Below, piece by piece: positions 24,862 to 36,770 of a DNA stretch of 64,000 nt (position 1 is the stretch's first letter; each line of letters opens with the position of its first letter). The stretch is taken from positions 7,544 through 71,543 of the forward strand of contig CDMY01000464.1 in the NCBI GenBank assembly GCA_001179505.1, read 5' to 3'. A program made the position numbers and the translations under genes. This DNA is from Vitrella brassicaformis CCMP3155. Its lineage: Eukaryota; Protista; Chromerida. The notes beneath the pieces are model-generated. The model was given only the letters and a program-made list of their open reading frames with translations. It was not told the origin of the DNA and searched no databases.

Positions 24862-27800
24862 TCACGATCCCAGCTCTTCATTGTCACCACACGACAAGAC
24901 ACGAAATCGACCCCGCCACACCGATGCATCCAGCCAATCGATACACACGTCCTCTTCAGCGGCCGCACCATCATTGTCACCCCCTCCCTCTCCCTCTTCC
25001 CCCGCTGCCACCGTCGGCCCCGCCCTCCGTTTGGGCAGCAGGAGTTTCATCCGATTGTACAGCGCATCACCACTCGTCACGCGAATGTCGTCGCCCTCAC
25101 TCCCCACACCCTTCCTGCTGCCCTTCCGCCTCTGGGGTGATGCAGCAGATGGTCCCTCGCTCCCCTGATGGTCTGTCTGGCACAGCAGCACCTCGTTGAT
25201 GTCCTCTGGCACCCGGAACTGCACCACGTGGGGGAAAACGGCACAAAGGGAGCGGTGGGCGTTCTGCCGTGCCGTGACCGATCGGGTGACTAGGTTGATG
25301 GCGAGCAGGCCACCGGGGAGCAGGCGGCTCGCGAGCTGCTGCAGGAAGACCGGCTGCAGGACCTCGCTGGGTGGGCATGTGAGGTGGCTGTCTGGCTGGT
25401 TGGTGTTGATGTCCACTATGATGATGTGCTGCAGTGCGGGGCACACGCGGCTCAGCTCGGAGGTCGATACCATCGCCAAAGCATCGCCGATCATATATTC
25501 CACTCTGTTGGCCGGTGCCGGTGGATCTGCCGGCTTCTCTTGGGCTGCTGCGGCCTCGGCTGGTTCGGCAGCAGAGTCATTGCCGGTGTTGGTGTGGCCG
25601 TCTGTGTCTTTGGTGAGGACCTTCTGCATGACGGCCTGCACCGTCTGGCTCGCCAGGTGGGAGGCCTCAGCAATGTTCTCTTCGGGCGACTTCATCGGCA
25701 TGCCCTCAAAGCCGAAATGCTGCACACACGAAAAGTAAGCAGTGAGGCACATGTGTGAGGACGTGTGTGTGTAAAAGTAACGGCAGACTGACCTGTTTGG
25801 CCATCTGCAGGACTTTCTCGTCGTTGTCGACGCCGATAATGTGCACACCCCATCCCCAATACGAGCACAAGGCAGACAGAGTCGACGCCAGGATGCCAGC
25901 ACCCAGGCCGAGTATGGTCACACGCAGCCTGGGCTGCTCGTTGGCCGTGAAGGCAGATGAGGGCGCCGTGGGGTCGTCGAGCAGCGACGAAGGGGAGCTG
26001 GCCGGCGATGCGTTGAGTTCCAGCAGCCATGAGGGCGGGAGGCAGGCCAGGCCCACTATGATGGCCTCGTGGTACCTGCAGGTGGGGTGGAGGAAGTTGA
26101 ACCGGAACGGCTGGGGGGCATCGGTTGTGGCGTCGTCAACCTGTGGCTCCTCGGACGGCTGTGGCTGTGGCTGTGACGACTTCTTCTTGCGCGAGCCGCG
26201 GCCACCCCTGCAGCCAAGCAGCCAGTGATCGGTGCACCAGACCAGCGCATGTGTGTGTGGTGCTGTCACGTACCTTCGTTTCGGTGAGGTCCGCCGTGCG
26301 GATGGTTCATCGTCCGTCTTGGTCCAGACCTCATATAGCACCTCCGACTGCACCGTGCCAGGATTGCAGGCAAACACCATCTGCACACACAACACACACA
26401 GGTAGGTAGGACAAAATGCTATGGCTACTTCTCTACTCCTCCTTAATCTACCTGTCTGGCAAAGGACTTCCAGCTCATTGCTGGCTGCGCCGCGTTGGCC
26501 TCTCTGCGGCTGCGATATCGCTTTGTGCCCTCGGGCTCGATGCGCACGTCACGGACCAAGATGCGTCCGGCGTGCTTGGACATCACCTCTGCCACGGGTG
26601 TGGAGGTGTCGGTCTCGCTGCCTAGAGTCATGATCTTGGGGGCCTCCTCCTGACCAAGCGGACAATTGGATATTTTGTCTCTGTGTGTGTGTGTGTGTGT
26701 GTTCTGTGTGTTGTGTGGTGCGGGCGTACTGATGTGGACGGGAGGACGAGCTCTCTGAAGAAGGGCTGCAGCTCGGCCTTGACGTCGTCCATGGAGGGGG
26801 TGTGGTGGGACGAGTCACACATCCCTGTCAGCCAGGCATGGACACACACATGACATGACGCGTACGTCTAAGGTATCCGTCTGTGAGCGATGGATTGGCT
26901 GGTCGGTTGCCTACCCACCGAAGGTGGTGACAAGAAGCCGCTTGACGTAAACTTGAGAGGCCAACTGCACCACAACACGCACACGCACACGCAAAGAGAT
27001 AGACACAGCTAAGCTCCTCTGCTGGCCGTGCCGTATATATTGTGGGTTGTTTGCCTTGCCTGGCTGGGCTGGCTGTGTGACTGACCTCCTGGCTGCCCTC
27101 TGGTGTCGAAAACATCCACTCATTCTCGCGACCCTGATGTGAGGGATTCACACAACAGACAGACAACATGCATGACATGGCATGACCCATCCATACGTGG
27201 CCGGCCGGCCTGGGTACCCGTGGCACAATGATGACGGCCGACGTGTTCTTTCTCTTCATCGAGTGCTGGGGGTTGTCGAACACAGCTATGTGGTACTTGG
27301 CAGAGATGTCATACACCTCGCCACCACCGCCGTCAGACTGCCGTGCCGCTGCTGCTGTGGCCGGCGGGGGCTTGTTGGGGGCAGATGAAGATGAGGATGA
27401 CCCTCCTGCTGCTGCTGTGCGTGGTGGGATGAGGTTGATGACCTCGTACTGTCCCGGCCTGTAGGTAGCGATGGTCTCCTTCCACACACGATGCTTGTTG
27501 ATCTCCAAGACATGCTCTGAGGCCCCCACATGCACACGTCAGTATAAGCAGGCAGGAGAGAAGGGGAGACTCGTGCATCCACTCACTCACTCACTGGGCA
27601 GCTCGAATATCGACGTGTCTTGCAATGGCTCCATGGCGCTCTCAGGTCCATCCTTGCCGGCCGGGCCCTCTCCATTCTGGTGCTGCTGCTCCGCCGCCAT
27701 GCTCTCGGGGTAGATGGCGCACTTGGCAACCTTTACCGACTTATCATTTCTGAGCAAACGAACAGCGACAGACATCCGCATTCGGCCTCTCTGCTATCAT

Positions 27801-28826
27801 TCTCTCTCACCCAGATGCTGTTTGCGGCATTTTCTGGAAGATCAGCATGAAGGGCTGCAGCCGTGCCTGCCGCTCAGCGGACGGAATGTCCCCCCTCTGA
27901 TGCCTGGCGGACGACGTGTGTGTGGTGGCTGCATCGGAGATCGAGAAGGGATGGCACCGGACGCCCACACGGCGACTGAAGAAATACCGAACCTGCAGAG
28001 GAGACGCGGGAGAGGAGAGCAATGGTGACAGCATGAAGGCCTGTCTGCTTGTTGTCTCATCACCAGTTCCTTGATGATGTAGTCCTGCGCCAGTGTGATG
28101 CACACGTAGTGCCCCCCGTCACACAGCAGCCGCCACATCTCGTCCAGAAAACGAGTCGCCTCCCGACGCAAATCGACGCCCTCGCCTGTCGCCACACGAA
28201 ATGGGTGCGTGGATGGATACCAAAGAAGAATGAGTCCTGCAGCGCAGCGTGCCCTGCCATTTCACCAGTGAGGAATGCGTCGAGTGCGCCCTTGTCGATG
28301 ACCAGGTCGAACAGCCCTTGCCTGAATGCCGTTCGAGTCATGTCCATGCAGCACCACTCCAGCCCAGCCGACGACACACTCTTGGCGCGCATTGCCTGCA
28401 TGATGGAAGGAATAAGATGTGAGCAGACACACGGAGCGTGTGTGTTTGTTCACCTTAAGGACGAGATCTGAGAAGTCCACATTCCATATGTTCAGATACC
28501 TGACACCAAAAGAAACACACTCACAGACACACACAACAGATGCGCACTCACCCTGAGCCACCCGTTGCAGTGTCTGTGTCTGTGTCTTACCCATCGTCAA
28601 ACATCTGGCCGCTCAGCTCAGAGTTGCCGCACCCCACATTCAGCACGAACAGCGAGCTGGGCGGCGCATGCGGCCCCGAACCCTCATCGCCCAGCCCCCG
28701 CAGAATGGCGCGGATGTCGCGGTACTCTCCATACCACTCGAAGGCCTTCCTCCCCCTCCGGAGGAAGAATCGATCCCAGAATGACCGCTGCCGAAACTGC
28801 TGCAGCTCGGAGGGCAGCAGCTCCAT
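24862..28826 (-). CDS. METTL13: eEF1A lysine and N-terminal methyltransferase (dual methyltransferase)
   Basis: N-domain: MELLPSELQQFRQRSFWDRFF..AFEWYGEY..LNVGCGNSELS..DLVIDKGALDA. C-domain (spermidine-synthase-like): ILGLGAGILAS..IIVDIN..LTCPP..PGGLLAINLVTRS..EDINEVL. Confidence 0.92.
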
Positions 28827-29045
28827 GGAGGAGAGAGGTGCTGATTGAGACGGTGGCGGTGCGCTTTCTGTCGGACTGCGGTTGGGACGGTCAGGCGATG
28901 AATGGCGAGCAAGATCTGATGATCTGGATCAGGCGCACCGTCTGTGCAGCTTCAAACCACCTGTTTTCCGGAAGATCCCGCCTTCCGCCTGAGCAGCTGA
29001 TGGAGTCTGAAGCACCAGCCTTCCCCTTCTGCAAGCATAGCTCCT

Positions 29046-32000
29046 ATGGTTTTGAAGCTCGCAGTCCAAGTGGAGGCTTCTCGTGCGTCTGTTGTTGCTT
29101 GGCGGGCTGGCCATTGCCAAGATCTGGAGGCCATCGTGGCTGAATTCGGCTCACCCCTTGTCAGCATTATCAGTGCAGGCGTCGCATTCATCCTCCTTGT
29201 GGTCGTTTGCCCCTGCGCATTGGGCCTTCGCATCTCTTCACTGACGCCACGGATGGCCATGAAGCCTCCTGATCCGATCGTCAAAGATCTGGTGAGTCTT
29301 GAGGAAGCACGATGGATCAGCCACATCGATGGAGGAATGCATGTGTGTCTGTCAGGTGTTGGTAGGAGGCGGCCATGCCCATGTACAGGTGCTCAAGAGC
29401 TTCGGGATGGATCCCATCCCCGGGGTGCGGGTGACGCTCATCAGCAGAGATGTGGACACGCCATACAGCGGCATGTTGCCTGGTCAGTCAGCACATGCAT
29501 GGGCCGGTCATCATCTTGTTTCCTGTATGTACGCCTCAGTGACTTGTGTGGGGTGTGGGTGAGTGGTGCAGGTCACATTGCTGGTCACTACACAGCCGAT
29601 GAGTGCCACATTGATCTGCAGCGCCTCTGCAGATTCGCAAAGGCCGCACTCATACATGTTAGGCCGGAAATGGCCCACAGGGATCACATCACCTCGTTCG
29701 TTCAGAATTCGTGGTACATGTGTGTATATGCAGACCGAGGCGTGCGGCCTTGACACGGCCAACCGTCGGGTCGTCTGCAAAGACGGACGGCCGCCGGTGG
29801 CCTACGACGTCCTTTCCATCGACATCGGGTGCGTGCACACAACACAGACAGACTCATATCTCATCTCCACAACTCACCACCTCCTCACCTGTGTGTGTGT
29901 TCCGCAGGTCCACCCCCAGCCTCAAGTTCCCCGACGCCCCGCGGCTGGCTGCCGTCAAGCCCATCGACCGCCTCTCACACAAGTGGGGCCTCATCAAGGA
30001 GAGAATCATGCACCATACACAAGACGACAAGGCCGCTCCTCTGAGGGTGCTGGTGGTGGGCGGCGGGGCCGCTGGTGTGGAGATGGCCCTGGCGATGCAG
30101 CATCGGCTCAAGGGCATGGGAGCTGGCGGCAGTGAGAGGCTCAAGTTCACCATACTTACCAAGGGCCCGGCCATTCTGCAGGGGCATGCTGGCGGCGTGC
30201 AGGTAGAACCAGAACACGCCACAACAAGCACATGCGTGTTGTGCGATGTGTCTGTCTGTCTGTGTTGTGTTGTGTTGTGTTGTGTTGTTGTGTGATTGCC
30301 AGCGTGCGATGCAACGCGTGTTGCGCGACCGGCATGTGGAGGTGGCGTGCGGGTGCGATGTGGTCGACGTCAAGGGCCGCGACGACCACAAGGGCGGCAC
30401 ACTCGCATGCGCTGACGGCCGCACGTTCGAGTACGACGAGTGCATCTGGTGCACACACGCGTCGGCACAGCAGTGGCTGACGGCGGCTGGCCTAGACCTT
30501 GACGCAGAGGGGTTCATCCGCGTCGATGCCACCCTTCAGTCAACCAACACACCAAACGTCTTCGCGGCAGGTGGGCAAACACACATACACACACACACAC
30601 ACACGCAGCCTCTCATGAGATGTGTGTGTATGTGTGTCAGGGGATATTGCGTCAGTGGTGCCCCATCCACGCCCGAAAGCGGGCGTATTTGCGGTCCGTC
30701 AAGGGCCTCCGCTCACGGCCAACCTTCGCAGAGCGCTGCTGGGTCAGCCGCTGGTGCCCTTCACGCCGCAGAAGGAGTTCTTGAGCCTCATCAGCACTGG
30801 GGACAAGTATGCGGTGGCGTCGCGGGGGGCCTTCTGCTTTGAGGGAGGCTACTGGTGGACATTGAAGGTGAGGGTGGATGCAGGCAGGATACATCCATCC
30901 ATGCATGGCATTCCGACACGACTTGCATGCGTTGGTCAGGACTACATCGATCGGGCGTTCATGCAGAAGTTCACCGACCTCCCATCGATGGCCGACGACG
31001 CCATCTCCCCTCCCCCATCACACCCCAAGCGCACCTTCAACCCCCATTCCGCCTCGGTAGCCTTCGCCCTCCCCCCTCACCCCACAATGCGGTGTGCGGG
31101 GTGCGGCGGAAAGATCGGTGCGTCCATCCTGACGCGAGTGCTCAAGAGGCTGCAGGGGCAGGTGCCCAGGAGAGACGAGGTGGTGGTTGGCATGGACGAT
31201 CCTGACGATGCGGCGGTGCTGACGATTCCTGCCGACGACCCGACGGCCAAGGCGCCGAGCACGTCCATTGTCCAGACCATCGACTTTTTCAGGTGAGGGA
31301 GGGGGGCGGGCATCACTCAGTTGCAATGTGTTGTGATGCTCTGCTGTGTGTGCGCAGGGCGTTTATGGACGACCCCTATGTGTTTGGCCAGATCTGCGCC
31401 ACACACGCCCTGTCCGACTGCTACGCCATGGGCGCCAAACCTCTCTCAGCCCTTGCAATGGTCTCACTACCATTCGCTGCGGACAACAAAGTAAGATACC
31501 CCCCCACATGCACCCACCCGCCCCCCTTATTCACAAACACAAACTCATGCCCCCCGTGTGTCATGCAGCTGGAGGAGCAGCTCTTCCAGCTGATGAGTGG
31601 CGCGTGCAAGTCCCTCTCATCGGCCAACTGTGCTCTGGTGGGCGGCCACACGGCCGAGAGCGACGGGCCTTCGCCGTGCTTGGGTTTCACCATCACCGGC
31701 ACGCTCAACACAGCTGCTGAGGGTGATGGTGATGGTGAGGGCAGGTTGCTCTCCAAAGGTGGCATGAGGGGCGGTGACAAGGTGATGCTGACCAAGGCCA
31801 TTGGGACGGGCTGTCTGTTTGCCGCTGACATGAAGGGCAAGGCCAGAGGCAGGTCGGTCTGTCGGTCGGATGAATGAGGTGTGGCGTGCAGTGCAGTGCA
31901 GGTGGATTGTGTGTGTGTGATGTGTGTGTGGTCACCTCAGGTGGATGCGGGGTGCGGTGGCCTCGATGCTTCAGTCGAACGGCCCTGCAGCCGATGTCTT

Positions 32001-32757
32001 GAGGAAATACCACGCCACTGCCTGCACCGACATCACCGGTGCGTACGCCCCCTCACCTCCCCACCCACCCTACCAAATACCCCCCCAAGCACCAACACAA
32101 CACCTGTTCATAGACATCCGTGTGTGGTTGGTGTGCAGGTTTTGGCCTACTCGGTCATCTGAGCGAGATGGTGCGGTCGAGCCAGGCGAGAGACCCCTCC
32201 TGCGGCATCCGTGTGCGGCTGGACCCCTCACAAGTGCCGCTGCTCGATGGCGCACTCGAGTGCGTGAAAGACGGACATCTCTCGACACTACAGGAGTCAA
32301 ATGAAAGGTGCGATGACGGACAGATGTGTGCAGTGGGTGAGTGTGTTTGTTGGTGGTGTGCGTGTGTGTAGAGTGAGTCGTTTCATCATCGATGCGGGAG
32401 GGGCTGCATCGTCAACGCCATCGTGTCGGCTGCTCTTCGACCCCCAGACGTCGGGCGGGCTCATCGCCACGGTGAGCAAGGCGTGCCTCTCTGCCTGCAT
32501 GGCAGGGATGGGAGCTGTCTGTGTCGCAGGTGCCTGCATCAGCTGCAGCTGCGTGCATTGAAGATCTACGCGCATCAGGGTATGTAGAGTAGAGGAGACG
32601 CAGCCAGAGCATCGCACAGCTCACCCACACACGATGCGATCGATGCGTCTGTGTCTGTGTATTGGCCAGCCACGGTTGTGCATCGGTCATCGGCGATGTG
32701 GAGACGACAGCCGAGGCCATGGCCGAGGATGAGCCGTTCATTTCGCTGGCTGGCTAA
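29046..32757 (+). CDS. selD: Fusion of a FAD/NAD(P) pyridine nucleotide-disulfide oxidoreductase domain to selenide,water dikinase (selenophosphate synthetase), Cys form
   Basis: KDL|[28 protein letters not shown]|D and [12 protein letters not shown] precede the SelD motifs [46 protein letters not shown]|FGLLGHL and [10 protein letters not shown]. The start is uncertain (29046, or about 29252). Confidence 0.92.
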
Positions 32758-33035
32758 TGTCAGCTGATCAAGGAGTGGATGTCATGTGGATGTGAAGACG
32801 ACTTTTGTATTTTTGCTGGGGTAGATAATCAGAGGAAAGTGAAGTAGGACTAAGGACCCGTGCAGTGCAGTACATACGCGACTGTCCTTCGTTCGATGAC
32901 ATGAATCCAAATGCAGCCGAGCTACTGCGCAGCCATACTGACTGCACACGGGGGGATGGGGGGATGGACCAACCGACGGAGAGACACGTAGTGGCTGCAC
33001 ACTTCACATCAAACCGGTCGATCCGCATGCAATAG

Positions 33036-34548
33036 TCACTGAGTAACAAACCAACGGATATAAAATGCAGGCAGCGATCCCGCCGCTTCCTCATCATCGA
33101 GCATGTCGTCCCGCTCTTCCTCTCCTGTCCCCTTGAATGGTGCGATGAACACACTACTCCCCTGACAGACAGACAGACAGACAGAAGAGCACGGATGACA
33201 CGGCCCCGCCTGCCTGAATCTTCCCTCTGTGTGTGTTTGTACCTGTCTGTGTGGTTTCGACAGTGTGGGTGTCGGCCATATGCAGCACCCCGACAATCTG
33301 CATCCATCCATCCATCCATCCAACACAGACAGAGACACAGACACAGTGAGGTGAGTGTGCTGTATGTATGTGTTTGAGTGTGGTGTGTTATATATGTGAG
33401 TATGTGTGTCGTGCCCATACAGTGAGTGTGTGGCATAATCGGCAAACGTGTGGGCCCCACCCCGCCTCCGCCCGCGAATGCCATTGCAGGCAGGTCATGG
33501 TGGCCCTCGTAAGCATACTGACCACCTGATAGATAGACAGAGATGGATGAATAACAAACAAAGAGACAGACAGGTGCATCGCATCCATCATGTCATGAAT
33601 GATGGATGGATGACGAGGGGAGGTGTGTCTTTATTTACCGCACCGCATGTGTAAAGACACTTACTTACAGCAAATGGTCGCAGCCCCATTTCGAAATGAA
33701 TGCCTGCCCTTACCACTATAGGCCTCGCAGCGCCATAGCCCACCCTCTGCACACCACAACACAACACAACACACATGCAGACATACATACCCCCACACAG
33801 ACACAGACACACAGCGCATCTCTCGCCTGCTGCCATCACTCCCCCTCTCTCTCTCCCCGTCACTTACGGCATAAGGATATGGATAGCGCGGCACGTCACT
33901 TGGAAGAGGGTTGGGATGCGGCTGGTCCCAGGGCGTCGGCCAGATGACTGGCGGGGGGAAGGCCGGCCCAATCGCCTCATACGGCACCGCTGCAGCAGCA
34001 GCCGTGGGGCTGGCCAGCGATGAGTCGGTGAACACGCTGCCGTGGGGAAGCTGGCGTCGAGTGGTCCTGCAGCGTGTAGTTGTTGAAGGGCAGTGGGTGG
34101 GGGGGAGAGACTATGGTCGCCGGGGAACCGAGTACCGACACACGCCTGAAACAGCACATGCAGCAAGCCATGAGTGATGGAGGGCGACGTATGTGTGTGT
34201 TGGCCATTCCCTCCCTCCTCTCTCTCTCTCTCTCTCTCTCCCTCTGTCTGTCTGTCTGTCTCTCTCTCTATCTGTCTGTCTCCATCACCCACCTTGGAAG
34301 GATCCGCTCATCCACTGGCCCACGCCCATCTGCTGGAAGTCTTCATCGCATGCCTCATCGACATCGCGACATCCCAATCCCCCCGCCCAACTGGTGAATG
34401 CAGCAGCGTCACCACCCAGGCGACTCCCACTCGCCGCTGTCGGTCCTTCTCGAAGCTCCGCCTGACCTCCCTGCCAGTGGTGGTGCTGCTGCCGTTGTGG
34501 GTCAAACCGCATCGCCGTGTGCTGGTGGTGCATGCTTCTCAAGGCCAT
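33036..34548 (-). pseudogene. Probably disabled copy of the hypothetical gene at 36771-38581
   Basis: Relative to copy B, exon 2 has a 19-nt deletion giving GGC GTG TGT CGG TAC TCG GTT CCC CGG CGA CCA TAG. It also has a second 23-nt length difference and a missing G at the TTTGCT(G)|GTAAG donor. Confidence 0.6.
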
Positions 34549-34780
34549 GGGAGGCTGCTGGACTCATGGACCGAAGCCGTCCTGACTATTGCGTCCTCGT
34601 CGTCTTTGTCGGAACGACAACCAGCAAAGAGAGGAATATATCTCACCATATCCAAACGCAACTCGTGGATGGTCACCAACACATCGCATTCTAAGAGGAA
34701 TCTGGAAAGAAAGAAGGCGACTCAGAGGCGTGTGCAGTGGTCACGATCCTCCGTGTGTACACCGCCATCTTTGTTGTGTC
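33139..34780. repeat. Direct segmental duplication, copy A (about 1.65 kb), paired with 37138-38804
   Basis: Exons, introns and microsatellites are collinear and near-identical, from ggtgcgatgaacacactactcccctg to accgccatctttgttgtgtc; the offset is about 4.0 kb. Confidence 0.95.
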
Positions 34781-34933
34781 ACCTGGTCTAGCTTGTCCCT
34801 CAGTGTGGCCAGCTCCTGTCTGCACCCACACAAATCACAACAAACGCAGCCAGCACGAGAAAGACATGTGTGTGGATGACAGACGCTGGCTGCCTTTCAT
34901 GAAATCGCGCCCGCTCGTGTGCCAATCAATTGC

Positions 34934-36500
34934 TTACTGGAGCATCTCCCGGTGGGCCCTCTGTCTGCCCAGCTCGGCTGCCAAGTCGCGGTAGAGGCAC
35001 GAGTCCTTCGACGGTTCGGGCCACTCCTCGTTGAGCATGTCGTACACCTCCTGCATGCACCAGTCCGCTGGGACCCCGGACCTCGCCAGAAGCTCACTCA
35101 CCAAGTTGGAGTAGTGCTCGAAGTTGGTTTTCTCCTCTTCGAGAACACACACACACACACACACACAAGTCGACCATCCATCTCTCTCTTACTCCAGCCT
35201 TGGTCCGCTGCAGCTCAGCCCGCAGAACAGCCACCTTCCTCACACAGAGGATTCTCGTCGCTGCACATAGACAGCCGGTAACAAAACACAGAAAGCAGCC
35301 TTTGTTGCGTCTCGCATTGCAACTTGTCATGCTAAAAAACCCAGTCCTCCTGTGTGTAACGCCATTGCGAATCCTCGGCACCACGCTTGATATCTGTGTG
35401 CTTTACGTTACGTGCCACAAAACAAACAAAGGATATAAGATGTAGGCAGCGATCATCCTTACGCACGCCACACGGAGAAGGCAAGGGCGAGTGATGACGT
35501 TGTCGAAGCTGACGTAGTCTCTGATCGCCGGTGGGAGCTCGCATGCAGCAACCGCATTGCGCATCAGACACCAGGTCATGCGAGTGCGACTCCACTGATT
35601 GCGAATGCGTCCGTGTGTATGTTATGTGGTTGTGTGGATGCGAGCGTACCCCTGCGATGCGCGAGAGGCCTTTGCCGTAGGCCCGGTACCTCGCCACACA
35701 TCCTCACCAATACCACCACTAGCAGCAGCAGCAGGGGGTGTGTCTCTCTGAAACACAAGACACACACATCGAGACGTATGGGCCATGATGGCAAAATCCT
35801 CTTTCTCTCTTTCTCTGTGTGCCTGTGCGACCGCCTCTGGCTTCGAGTAGCACCTCCATCCAGCCCTGTGACCCCTGTCGTAGAACAGCGTCAGGAAGTC
35901 ATCCTGCCCCACATGCATGATGGACAACAATGATGTGTATGTATGTAACTCATGGCAGGTGGGCACCTCCCCTTCTCTCCCCTGCGTGCCTTTTCTGTTA
36001 ACACTGCAGCCATAACACATATTCGATGCGTGTCATTCAGTGTCTCTCTTCTCTGCGTCTGTGGTACCCAGCATGACTTTCCCGTCTGCGTATATCTCGG
36101 CGAGACGGCATATCTGCTCCGTCATCCACCCGTACAACCCAGGACTCACGTGACACTCTCCTACACACACGACACACATGGGCACACAATGTCATCCCCA
36201 TCTCTCATGCGCGCAATTGTGGGCTCACCCAGGGGGTCGAACTCTACAGCTTCCATGCCATGTGGTGTACCACAGGCACGATGACGTGCTTGAAGATGGC
36301 GTAAAGGTTGAGTGTGGCGCCATAGCCATAGCCATCGCTCTCCCCCATCTCGTCCATGTCACCCGTGTTCTGATCAGACACCAGCAACGGATCCGTTGCT
36401 GGAATGATTTCCGTTGCTGGCAGGCTTACGGGGCAGAAAGATGAGTATCTGTGTATCGAACAAAAGAACACATCAGGGTCAGTCCAGAAGATGTTCTGGG
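34934..36500 (-). CDS. Hypothetical multi-exon protein; 5' end unresolved
   Basis: Codon-like exons between microsatellite introns: NIFWTDPDVFF, GATLNLYAIFKHVIVPV, PGLYGWMTEQICRLAEIYADGK, DDFLTLFYDRGHRAGW, EKTNFEHYSNLVSELL..REMLQ*. Confidence 0.55.
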
Positions 36501-36770
36501 TGCCGTTGCCTGACACGCTCACAGACACACACACACACACGCCATATGATTGACGTGCCATCCATGTTGCGACGATGTTGAGGCGTGTCTCTCTTTAGGC
36601 TTACCCTCTTAGTAGGCGGCTTGTACGTGTAAAAACACGTGGGGTTGATGTCTCACGGCCCAAAAAATATAAAATGTAGGCAACGATGAGCAGGCTCGAC
36701 ACTCTCGCTGGGCGCAATCACGGCCAACCACACGCACGCACGAGCGCACCCCCACGCATTCATGGCAGTG

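Noticed and set aside
31088-31115. Possible selenocysteine (in-frame TGA) at the SelD active site
   Set aside because: The codons read TGT GCG GGG TGC GGC GGA AAG, so the residue is Cys and no recoding is needed.
4429-32757. Prokaryotic contamination or operon suggested by the archaeal-like methyltransferase and SelD fusion
   Set aside because: Both genes are interrupted by GT-AG introns of the same style as the neighbouring alveolate genes.
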